Positions 23,755-34,519 of a stretch of 64,000 nucleotides of DNA are shown piece after piece. The translations under genes and the position numbers were made by a program. Source of the DNA: Trichodelitschia bisporula (Eukaryota); assembly GCA_010356995.1 (NCBI GenBank), contig ML996691.1, positions 1,370,174 to 1,434,173 on the forward strand, given 5' to 3'. Each line of letters begins with the position of its first letter. The first letter of the stretch is position 1. The notes beneath the pieces were generated by a model. The model saw nothing but the letters and a program-made list of their open reading frames with translations, made no database searches and was not told the DNA's origin.

Positions 23755-24247
23755 GTGTTCTTCTTGGGGACTACGGTAGGGGGATAGACTGGTGGTGGTT
23801 GTTCCCGTTGTGAGCGTGGGTGGTAGATCTGGGGAGCGGCGGTTATGTGGGTTATGTGGATGTATATGCTGTATGTGTGCGTGCGTGTAGCGGGTCAAGG
23901 TTCAACGGCAAAGGTGGGGGCGTTATTCGTAGATTCATAACAAGCTTTGCGCGTGCTGTGTGCTGTGTGCTTGTTGAGGTTATGGATGGCTTTTTCGGGA
24001 TCTGTATCCGTGTGTCGATACTCGGGATCTAGAATGGGGCTCGGAGAGAGTGGTTTAGGGATGTGGATACCCGGCTTTCGGGATAGTGACGGTGGAGTTT
24101 GAAATGATATTACGGCTTTAGCGGGTGGGGCAATGCGTGTGGGATGTGTGTCCGTCTCGTTATCTGACCGTTCTCTTGATGGAGTATATAGAAGGATGTT
24201 GTTCCTACGGTGGATGTCCACGGCCGTGTCGTACTGTACCGTTCTTA

Positions 24248-24445
24248 CTGATGGGGGCATGGAGCGGTGTTATGTCCGAAAGGAACGTACTTCTCAGGGA
24301 CATGATGTAATGCGGACATGATGTAATGCGCGCATGAGGAGAGGAAGGAGCATAGGAGGGTACTTGTCATCAGGTTGTATCCATTCTCAAGAGTCTCCTC
24401 TCTTCCTCTCTTCCTCTCTGTCTTCAAGCTCGATAACTTCACTCA
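24248..24445 (+). repeat. LTR/promoter-like ~200-bp repeat, copy R1
   Basis: Shares CTGATG..GGAGC..ATGATGTAATG..GCATGA..TACTTG.CATC..TCTC.AGAGTCTC + CT-rich tail with R3 and R4. Confidence 0.7.
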
Positions 24446-24737
24446 GCACAGATGCCGCTGTACGTGTCAACCCCTAAATGTTCCTTACACTCTACAAACT
24501 CAAACCTGCCGTTCACTGTCGTCGTCCTGTGGCCGCTCTGCCCGAGATATTTTGGGGAAGAGGGCGGCCATGATGTTTTGGCTCGGGTTGATTTTAGGAA
24601 GTTGGAGACATTCTTTGGAGTGCAGCTGTCTATCTAGGAATCAGTCTACTACGGCATTTCTCTAGGTATTCTCTTTAGCTGTACTCCCTGACACTCCGAC
24701 TTCTTGCGCTGGCTCAAGCTAACGGAGCATAGGCTTG

Positions 24738-24858
24738 ACGCGTGCAAAAGGCCACAACCGGAAGTGAAGAGCTGGATAAAAGACGAAGAGAAGACAAGAG
24801 TCAAGAGATGCTCGAGACTAAATACATGAGGATGCCCAGTATCTTCCATCATGGCAAA
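24738..24858 (-). repeat. LTR/promoter-like repeat, 3' half, copy R2 (directly downstream of Gag-PR copy 1)
   Basis: Minus strand GATACTGGGCATC..GTATTTAGTCTCGAGCATCTCTTGACTC..CTCTTCACTT matches 26420-26505. Confidence 0.65.
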
Positions 24859-24869
24859 GCCATCATTCT

Positions 24870-25743
24870 CTAGTCTTGAGACTCAATCTGATACACCACC
24901 ATGCCATTTGTGACTTCCGCGTAGCCAATGACTTAATCATTCACCATTTAATGGACCGTCAACTGTTTCAGATGGAGCCAAATGCTCCTACAGGTGAGCT
25001 TGCCCGATGCGTCAGGCGATGACAGCTCGATGCCCGGGACAGAGCATGAAGACGCATGTGAGGCGGCGAGAGGTGGGCACGAACACAACTTGTTGCCCGT
25101 GGCAGCTTTAACGCTCGAAATGACGTTGTAGGGACTTTCGGGGACCAAGCAGGCCTTGCCCAGGTCAATCTTGTGGCCCGTTGTAGCTAAGGTTATGGTG
25201 ACCGTCCCAAAACCTCGAGCCATGACAACCTGGGATGAGGACCCCTTGGGCAGTGTGAACCACAGCTCACCCGGGGTTTCCTCCAACTTCTCGAAGAGTT
25301 TCCTATCGTTGCGGATATGTACGCTGCTGCTGGTATCATGAAGCCAGTCGCTTCGAGTGAGGCTTGGGGTTTTGCTCATTGCCACGTCAGGTGTCGAGAT
25401 GTCGTCTTTGACTCCATCTAGCGCAAGCCGAAGTATCTCATTCTTGATCGATCCAAAGAGTGCTGTAACCGATGGCCTGTGGGAGGGCTCTGTCATTCTG
25501 ATAATGGATTGCAGCGCAGGCGAGATTTGGTTGCATCAACCAGATACGGAGCTCGGAGTCCACCTCCAGAAGTTCGTCATCATCGTCATCATCGTCATCA
25601 ATGGTCTCCCATCCCTCTAAGTAGTACCAGACGCCCCATTGGTAGCATTGGTGCTGCAGCTCTTGAACCCATGGACGCCATTGCTTTTCGGTATTCAGGA
25701 TGTCTCCAGGCTGTAGGGACGGATTGAAGCCAGAAGTTGACAT
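24870..25743 (-). pseudogene. Ty1/copia-derived Gag+protease gene, disrupted (family copy 1)
   Basis: Collinear with 34520-35551 (QWRPWVQ..CYQWGVWYYL, DWLHDTSSSVHI, VPESPYN, IGYAEV); frameshift ~25530 and two TAA stops near the C-terminus. Confidence 0.75.
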
Positions 25744-25859
25744 GTTTGATGAATGGGCTCCCCGCGGGGACGGTGAAGTTTTCTCAAGGCGGTCTCGAGG
25801 GGTTCTCCGGGGCGGTTTCGCAAGCTTCGAAGCGATTTAGGAACTTCCTTCTCGTTTTG

Positions 25860-26086
25860 AAGTAGAAGAGGAAGAGGGGAAGAGAGGAAGAGAAGGAAGA
25901 GAGGAAGAGAGGAAGAGAGGAAGAGAGGAAGAGAGGAAGAGAGGAAGAGAGGAAGAGAGGAAGAGACTCTCGAGACTTAAATTCACGATGCCAAGTAGCC
26001 TCCTTTGCGCCTTCCTTCTATCATGCTCGCATTACATCATACGCTCCTTTCTGACACAGCAATGCTCCTTCCATGTCTACATCAGG
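25860..26086 (-). repeat. LTR/promoter-like repeat R3 with an expanded (TCTCTTCC)n microsatellite, upstream of Gag-PR copy 1
   Basis: Reverse complement aligns to 26314-26500; ~10 GGAAGAGA units at 25865-25966. Confidence 0.75.
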
Positions 26087-26087
26087 A

Positions 26088-26300
26088 TATGTCAGTGAGA
26101 GACACGCCAGCGGTACGGGAAGCCGACTTTGCACGCAAGAACGAACGCCGACAAGGCTGCATAACGACACCAAGAATCAAGATGTGAGACGTAAACCAAC
26201 GCATCAAACCGCTCCCCGATGTCGGTACTTTCTCCCGTTCCCCCTCACCCGTTATCCCCCCCCCCATTCTGTCACTCTCCTCCCACCCTCTCACTCTCCT
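26088..26300. repeat. Duplicate of the 3' flank and tail of the membrane-protein gene (matches 26580-26740)
   Basis: TCAG.GAGA..ACAC.CCAGCGGTACG.GAAGCC..ATAACGACAC..AGAATCAAGA.GT.AGACG.AAACC shared between the two segments. Confidence 0.7.
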
Positions 26301-26313
26301 CCTTCCCCTGGCT

Positions 26314-26510
26314 CCTGATGTAGACAGAGAAGGAGCGCTGTCATGTCAGGAAGGAGCATATCACTCTTAGGAAGGAACATGATGTAATATGCGCATGATG
26401 GGAGGCAGGAACATATGAGGATACTTGGCATCACGTATTCAGTCTCGACAGTCTCTTGACTCCCCTCCCCTCTCCTCTTCATCTTTTTGTCAAACTCTTC
26501 ACTTTACAGT
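26314..26510 (+). repeat. LTR/promoter-like repeat R4
   Basis: CCTGATGTAGACA..GAAGGAGC start shared with R3 (inverted orientation). Confidence 0.75.
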
Positions 26511-26719
26511 GTTACACGCTCGTGTAAGGCCTTGCTTCCATTAACGACGGGTTATGAGAGATCGGTGACGGAGATGAAGATATCAGCGAGAACACACCAG
26601 CGGTACGAGAAGCCCAGTTAACCCCCAAAAACTAATGTCGACAGTGTTGAAATAACGACACTCAGAATCAAGACGTAAGACGCAAACCCACGCGCCGCAT
26701 GCACCCACCGCCGGTTCCC

Positions 26720-27613
26720 CTCAACCCGTCACTCCCACACCCACTCCCTCAGCTCTTCCTCACAACCTCCCTCCCTGTCCTCCAACAGCTCTTCCTCGCA
26801 ACCTTCCTCACAACCTTCCTCACTGTCCTCCTCTCCGTCAGTCATCAACCACCCCAAAGCCAGCGCCAACCAGCCAACTAACGCCCCACCACACTGCACA
26901 AACCCCCGCACCACCACAGCCTTCTCCCTCTACCCAACCAACCCCACACCCCACCCTTCGTCTCCCACGCAGACTCAACAGCATACAAAACCCCCAACAC
27001 CAATCCAAGCATCGCTGCCGCCAGCGTAGACACCAGAACCCGCTCCTGGCCCAACTATCACCGCCGGGTTACGAACCACATCGCGACGCCCACTTGCCCC
27101 GTACACAACACGTGGGAGATAACAGCGGCAATGCTGCAGAGTATGTGGCTAGCATGTAGTGAGGGCGCGTCCAGTAACGGGGGGTCGGGCGCCAACACGA
27201 GGCACCCAGCGATGGAGAACATCCCGCCGACAGCTGTAACCACCTCGGCTGCGGTTAAACCCCCGAGCGGGATGTAGGGCGCGGGAAGAACATTATTCCT
27301 GGCTCACTCGTCAGCATTAACGAGTATGGGAGAGGCTCGGGGGGACGTACACCCGTCTGCTTACGCCCTGCGCCATTGCCAACAGCCCGAATAACCCGAC
27401 GGCGTAGCAGGTAGAAGCCAAGATACAGAAGCCTATGTTCTGGGGTGCGGATGCGAAGGCTATGAGTTCTGTCGCCGCGCCCATGATGTACATCTGGGGG
27501 ACTATGTTGATCCGGGGGGAACCGTGCTTGGACGCGAGGAAGAAGGATAGAGGGAAGAGGGCCGTCCAGACGACAAGCAGGGCTATGGCGAGGGATTGGT
27601 GGGGGACGAGCAT
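26720..27613 (-). pseudogene. Degenerate tandem paralog of the 28021-28875 membrane gene
   Basis: Same start (PHQSLAIALLV), same intron position (27299-27350), CGA>TGA stop at ~27058 followed by frameshifts. Confidence 0.75.
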
Positions 27614-28020
27614 CCTCGCGAGTGCTTGCGTGAGAAAGTATTGTCTTGTGATCATCAGGCGCGGATTCCGGTTAGAGTCCGTGTTTACCGTTTTGAACTT
27701 GGTATATTGTACTGAGGGGAGCTTGCAAAAGTGAGCATGGAAGGGAGATCGCGGCATATATATGCTCACGATCCGTCGCAATTGCCCGGTCACATGCCTC
27801 CCTTCCTCGCAGGTAGGTTCCGTTTGCGTGGCTGATGTGCGTTGCCCGATTTATGTAGTACCCTCATCGGCGAGAGATGGCCAATGTACGGGCGGGGAGA
27901 TCGGCGCTACAAGGCTGCAGCAAGGCTTACGTTGCAAGGATGCGTATTCCTAGCACTTCGTATCGTATTACATGGTTCAGTACGTCTTTCCGTAGTCCCG
28001 CCCCCTCCACCGGTTCCCCG

Positions 28021-28875
28021 TTACCCCATCACTCCCTCCTCCACCCCCCCCATCTCCTCCTTCCCCACACCCTCCCTCCCCGCCCCCCCCACCCTCTCCG
28101 CCATCAAACCCCCCCAACCCAGCGCCAACCAGCACAGCAGTTCCCCCCCGCACTGCACAACACCCTGCACCACCACAGCCTTCTGACCTCCGCCTAGAGA
28201 ATCCCAAACCCCACCCTTCCGTCCCCACGCCGACCCAACAGCATACGCAACCCGCATCACCAAGCCGGGCATCGCCGCCGCCAGCGCAAAGGACAACACC
28301 CTCTCGCCCCCCAGTACTCGCCGCCGGCTTACAAACCACACCGCGGCGCCTACTTGCCCCGCGCACAACACGTCGAAGATGATCGCGGCCACACGGCGGA
28401 GCGTACGACCCGTATTCTGTGAGCCTGCGTCCGCGGATGGGCTGAGCATGGTGCCCGCAGCAATAGCGAGCGCGAGCCCGACAATCGTAGCCAGCTTTGC
28501 AGCCATGAAAACCTTCATTGGGAGGCGAGGCGCGGGGAGCTTGTCGTTCCTGTTTTCATCAGTCAAGGGTTCCTCCAGGAGGCAGGGGACGTACACTCGA
28601 CTGCTTACGCCCTGCGCAGCGAGCAACAGCGGGACTAGGCCGATGGCGTAGAGGATCGAGCTCGCGGTGTAGAGGCCTAGGTCCGGGGGGTGCGAGGCCA
28701 GGGCGCCTAACTCGATGCCGGCGCCGACGATGCGCACGAGCGGGAGGGAGAGGAGGTAGAACCACCCCAGATGCCGGCCTACGCCATGTTTGCGGAGGAC
28801 GAGGAAGGCGGGGAGGAGGAGGGGCGTCCATAGGACGAGCAGGGCTATGGCGAGGGATTGGTGCGGGGAGGGCAT
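28021..28875 (-). CDS. Multi-pass integral membrane protein (DUF7702-like); intron 28550-28594
   Basis: About 7 hydrophobic segments; KHG..LGWFYL..LVRIVGA, IGLVPLLLA and RVAY motifs typical of this fungal family. Confidence 0.8.
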   Translation of the reverse strand: MPSPHQSLAIALLVLWTPLLLPAFLVLRKHGVGRHLGWFYLLSLPLVRIVGAGIELGALASHPPDLGLYTASSILYAIGLVPLLLAAQGVSSRVYVPCLLEEPLTDENRNDKLPAPRLPMKVFMAAKLATIVGLALAIAAGTMLSPSADAGSQNTGRTLRRVAAIIFDVLCAGQVGAAVWFVSRRRVLGGERVLSFALAAAMPGLVMRVAYAVGSAWGRKGGVWDSLGGGQKAVVVQGVVQCGGELLCWLALGWGGLMAERVGGAGREGVGKEEMGGVEEGVMG

Positions 28876-29723
28876 GGCGGCGGCGGTGGTGGAGGGGAGA
28901 ATTTGTGATGAAGGTGAGTTGTGATGGAGGATAGGAGGGGAGGGCGGTTAGGCGCATATATACTCACGATCCGTTGCAATGGCTCTGCCGTATTCTACCC
29001 CTGCCCAGACCCGGCAAACGGCACAAGCAGCTCATGTAGCATTCGCCTGCGAAAGGCAGATATGCGTCGCGCGCCTTCCCCCATCCGCTCGCGATCCCCG
29101 AGATACGGGTACGGGGAGATCAGCCAAGCGCCACAAGGCTGCCGCAAGGCTTAGCCGCAAGGCATATTCGTACCGCACCCCTGGCCGGACACGACTTCGC
29201 GCCGCGGCGCCAACGGTGCTAAAAGTTATCGCTCCCTTCTCAACACAAGGCCTCGCATATCCTCGAGCATGGTTTTACATACTTGCATCACTGACGCTGG
29301 GGAGTGGAAGTGAAAAGCGCGAGGAGTCGTCCAGGGGCCCCTCGCGGTGCGACGCTCCCGATTGGTGGATGGATGGGCTAAGGCGAGGGCGCAGTTGCTG
29401 ACAGCGCAGGGGTGCATGTCGGGCTTGTCCGCGAAGGATCGGATCGGGCATGCCCAGCCGGGGAACTAGGGAGTCGGAACAGGGCGACGGGCTGTGACGG
29501 GAGGGGGTTTACGGCCGTGATATGTAACGGTTACGGGATGAACCAGGCACGGAGTAAGCGCGCGATTAATACTACAGCAGCAGTCTGCCTCGTAAAGACT
29601 ACGCTGCAGCAGCCCACGTCGCACTCTTATCCGCATATGCTAGTGATGCTATCCCTCTACCGTAACTACGGTTCCCTTCACCCATTCCCATACCACCGAA
29701 AAAGCCCATCCCACCTTCCCGCA

Positions 29724-32700
29724 TCACGACAACTCGGCATCCTCAACCCCCACATCAACATTCCCCTCAACCATCATCTCATCGCTGCCACCCTCATCCG
29801 CCTCATGCAACACCTTCCGCCAGCCCAGCTCCTCAGCCGGATCCTTCACGAACTCATACGTAGGGAAATAATGCTCGTTCTTCTTCATCGTCGCCACCCA
29901 GGGCACATTGTCAAACGTCATGACGCGCAGACGGAAATACGTGTTATCCGGGATCTTGAGCACTTCCTTCAAGAACGCGTCCAGATCAGGCGTGTACTGC
30001 CCGTTGACATGCGTAATGAAGTTCGTCGGCGCAAGACCATACATGTACGCCGGGGACCCGCGCATCCGCCCGCTGATGTACACGTCCGAGTGCAGCTTGC
30101 TGATCTGCTGGCGCACCGCGTGGTGAGGCCGGTGCAGCACGGCGCCGCAGAAGAGCACCGCGCGCCGCGTCTCCAGATCGTCGGTTGGGACCGTGCGCAC
30201 CGTTGTCGTCATCAGCATGCAGTGGCGGATGATGACCGCCTGGAGCTCTGCATTGTTGTACTGCACATCGAGATCCGACACGCGCGTGACGAGCTGGCCG
30301 TTGAGGGTAAGGATGATGTCCGTCTCCTGGAGGCCCGGGTCGCCGTCGCAGTCGAGCTTGCGCACCATGAAGAGCTGGTGGCGCTCTGGGTCTTCGTTTT
30401 CGACGCGGCAGATCCATTCTAATGGGCGTTAGCTAAGAAGGCGGGGATACGAAAGAGAGGGACATGGGACATGCGATGGCGTATATACGCAAGAAGCCGC
30501 CCGCTAAAGCGTGGAGACGAAAGAAACCCGTTGAGGGGGTACGAAAATAACGTACCATCAGGGACGCCCATGATCCGCGCCTGATCCATATGAATCGTAT
30601 GAATCTCGCAGGGCAGGATGCGCAGCTCGGGAATGAGGCCGTTACGAATCTGCGTCAACACCGGCAAGATCATGGATGTGCTGAGGCCGAGGTGGTACTC
30701 CATGTCCTTTCCATTGTGTGCCGAGCGCTCGCCGAGATACGTCAACCACAGCGCCTGCACCACGCCATCATTATCAATCAACACGCCGCTGCCGCACTGC
30801 GACGCAAGCGTCGTGTCCACTGTGATAGCATCAAAGTTAGTCGCGCGGTACCGCGGGGTAGACGCGCTCGCCGGGATAGACACATTAGTGATATCCGTGA
30901 CGAGCGCCTTACCCACTACAGGCCGATAATTCGAATTGAACCCAAAGAAAACGGTGTCGTCGCCCTGCTTCATGTGCTGGTCGGACAGCTTGGCGCTCTG
31001 GATGGGCGCCTGCACCAGCGACGGGTCGTAGCGAATGATGGCGTAGTTCTGCGTCGGGTGCATGAACACCACCTTGCCGTCGACGTTGATGGAGTCGGCG
31101 ATAGTGATGTGGATATCGCACAGGTCGTAGGGTACAGTTGCGCGCGAGATGATGACGAGGCCCTGCTCCGCGTCGATGACCAGTCCGTGCCCCGTCTTAC
31201 GGCCGCGCGGGAAGCCATCGAGCTTGACGGGCATGACGGCGGTGACGCGCACGAAGCTGCGAATCACGCCAACGGCCTTCGGGTGGCTCTTATTCGAGAT
31301 CTGGACAAAAGTCGCCTTGCGCGGCGCGGGCTTAACCGCCGGCAGAGCATCGGCAAGATCCGAAAAGTCCCACTTCCCGGTCTTATCGTTGCGCATCGCA
31401 AGCTTGATCTTGTTGCTCCAGTGGCGGTCAATATTGAAGATCCACGTGTTGAGCGTGTGCATGTCGCGGACGTGCTTGCAAGTCACGACAACGCGCGCGC
31501 GATCAGGGATCTCCTTGATAACCTGGACGAAGGTGTCCAGGTCCGGCGTCGGCTTGCCGTCGACCGACTGCACGAGCCAGCCCGCCTCACTGCCCTCCAT
31601 GCGGAAGGATCCGGCCGCCTCGCACACGAACACGCCGTTGTCCTTGGTCGAGATGGCGTACAGCCGCGCCTGTTGGTACGACAGGTCGTGGAAGGCAGCT
31701 CCGGCGACGGTCACGAAGCGGTCGGGCGTGATGGCGTGCAGGTCGCCGACGAGGAGGTCCACCTCAACGTCCTCGCCGCCGCGCTGGACCAGGAGCTTGA
31801 CCGACTTGTCGACGGAGGAGTCGAGGATGTCGTCAAGACGCACAAACTGCGTCAGCAGTTCGCCGTTGACGCGCAGGAGAACATCGCCTTCCTCGAGCTT
31901 GTTGTGCGCCGGACCCTTGGGCAGCACCACCTCCGCAACGAGCATGCCCGTCTCCTTCGGGAAGGCCTCGCGGATGGTGGCCTCCCACTCCGGGGTCAAG
32001 CCGAGTCGCCGACACTCGTCGAACGGCTTTAGGAGCCACTGCGTCTGTATCGTGCCGCGGGCAACCTCTTCGCCACGCTGGATGCAGCTGAGGGCGCGCG
32101 AAGGCCGGTCGAGCGGCAGGAAGTAGTCGGTGGCGGCACCGTCGGCACGTCCGCCGGCCTGCAGAGCCACGACGTTTCCATCGATGTTGACCACAGGGCT
32201 GCCAGAACTGCCTCCGCTAGCTGCAGCCGCCGCTTGAATGTAGTTTGTATTGAAGTCGCTATATCCCTCGCCGTACTCGGGAGCGTTGCGGTCGAGCCGG
32301 CTGATGACACCAGAGAGAATGCTGAGCTTCTCGCCGGCATCGTTACCGACAACGCGGATCTCGGCGCCTACGTGGGCCATGTCAGGCCGCAGCGGCAACG
32401 ACGTCAGCTGGAGGTACTTGATGGCCTTTGGATCGAAACGCAGGATGCCAAAGTCGTGCACCGGGTCACGGTAGACGGGGTAGACATCGCACTGGGCAGG
32501 TCAGCGCGGGAGCATAAAGAAATGGTGCACTTGGACGTTACCTCTTCATGATTGTCGAAGATGCAGTACCCCCAGAATGGCCCTGCTCCGACGACGTGCC
32601 GGTTTGTCAGGATGTAGCCCTTTTCCGCATCCACCACGAAGCCAGTCGCCTCGCTCGACAGGGCGCTGTCGGTATCGAAAGAGCAAGTTTGACAGAAGTG

Positions 32701-32958
32701 GATGGACACGACGTTCTTGACAACCCGCTCGATGGTCGCTTGCCACTCGGCGCTATCGGCTGTAGTTGTGGTTCTCGTCAACAAGCGCACCTCGTCACTC
32801 TCTAGCGGCAAGTCCGACGTGGGATCGCCGTTGGCCGCGTAGTCGTGGCCATTGGACTCGGAGACGTCCGTATCGCTGCGGGAATGCTTCATCGGGCGGT
32901 CGTTGGAAGATGGGCTCGGTGGTTGTTTGCGTTTCGGGCGGGACTCACAGATGTCCAT
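29724..32958 (-). CDS. NMA111: Pro-apoptotic HtrA-like nuclear serine protease Nma111; exons 32958-32542, 32491-30556, 30418-29724
   Basis: [16 protein letters not shown] and GGSSGSPV catalytic motifs, PDZ regions, C-terminal KKNEHYFP. Confidence 0.96.
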
Positions 32959-34080
32959 ACTGCGGGGGAAGGAACTGTAGAGTGCACGCAACAGGGGGAT
33001 TGCGGCGGCGCGGGATGATATGGAATCTGAAAGGCGGGGCGAGTGAATGGTAGCAAGGTGAAAGCAGTGGTGGTTGATGACTGCGGCTGCGACCTGACTA
33101 GTCGGGGCGAAGAGGGCAGTGCAGCTCAGCCTGGTGAATGCTCTGCGGAGGCCAATGGAGGGGCCAACAGGCATTCGGTAAGGGAAAGGCGATGCGGAAA
33201 GCAATCCGAAAGGATGCGGCGAGTGTTGGAGCGGAAGATATTTGCCCTGATGCGCAGGACGTTGGGATGCGTGAAGATTACGGAGTAGGCGATGTTCAAA
33301 GAAAGTCGCGTTTCGATGTCTTCTCACTTGATGCCTGAAATCAGGGGCATCAATAGCGTTGACGCCTACTTTCTTCATGCCTCGAAATCAGGGCATCAGC
33401 TGAAACTACAAAGAGCCGTCACATGATATGACAGACAACATCCCATTATTGCCATTTCGAGCAGGACGTCTCACGTCCCACAAGCTGCAACCTGTAGGCC
33501 TTATATCACGGCGACGACAAGTGCGACTTCGAAAAATGTACAAGATATCGCTTAACCTCGGGATTATAAGGTTAATAAGGTTATGGTGAATGTCCCTGTG
33601 TATAATTCTTGGTGAGGATGGCAATTTCCCGTCTTACGGGTGAGCAGTAACAGCACATTAAACGGAGCATTCATTCTACCAGATGAACTCAACGGATATA
33701 CATCCAGCATGCGCTTCAACATCGCTAAACCTCGTAAAGAACAATTCAACTCCAGCATCACTACAGACGGGGTGGGTGGGGAGAGTGAGGGGAAGGAGGA
33801 GGGTGGAAGGTGGGCGGCAGTGTGGTCAATCTAACCAGTTCTGTCTCACGAACGGCTGACGAACCCATGGAATTTACTAGTAAAAGGCGACTTCGGCTCG
33901 ATTCAAAACGGTTGGATTGGCCACCCTGATGGGCGGGGAGTGAGGTGCGTTTGCGGCTTATACTGTTTGATTCACCGTACCATCATGAGCCTTCCCGGCG
34001 CTCGGTCTGGGGTATATATCTGGGTTTTGCCGAACCGCAGACCGAGGGCAGCCCCGGGCCTTCTATAGAACGAACCCTCC

Positions 34081-34455
34081 TATAAAACAGCCGGTGCGTA
34101 CCTTCCCCTCGGCGGATTGACCGCCTGCAAGGCCAAGTGCCAAGCCGTCGAGGCTGAAGTCCAAGGGGAATTACTACATATAGAAGGAGCATCGTGGGAT
34201 CGCGAGACAAACCGCACAGTTGCCATAGCGAACGCCGAGACCAAGGCTTACACGAACTGTCCATTTAAGGTCGCGCGCTGCGTTGACAGATTCCTGTTCT
34301 GAATATCATCACCACCAAAGTTCTTCACCACTTTCGAAACCTCTGCGCACTACAGGATTTTTCGTCAGCTCTTTGCCATCGGTCACCCGAGGCCATCAAA
34401 GGTACATTGATTTGCGAGACAATCAGCAAATCATATAGACTAACGCTCACGATAG
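34081..34455 (+). promoter_or_regulatory. TATA box (34081-34087) and putative 5'UTR intron (34402-34455) of the intact Gag-PR gene
   Basis: TATAAAA; AAG|GTACAT...GACTAAC...GATAG|GT; in-frame TAA immediately before ATG 34520. Confidence 0.55.
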
Positions 34456-34519
34456 GTACCCGGCCCCGTTGACACCCCCAAGAAAAGCAATCGTCAAGCA
34501 CGGGAAGACCATTTCATAA

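Noticed and set aside
30590..32126. Long antisense ORFs (480 and 325 aa) over NMA111, and similar ones over MCM2, DUF3445 and NAF1
   Set aside because: Shadow frames produced by strong codon bias of the real gene
32959..33378. N-terminal extension of NMA111 suggested by the 324-aa ORF
   Set aside because: Low-complexity and UTR-like; the Nma111-like basic N-terminus begins at ATG 32958
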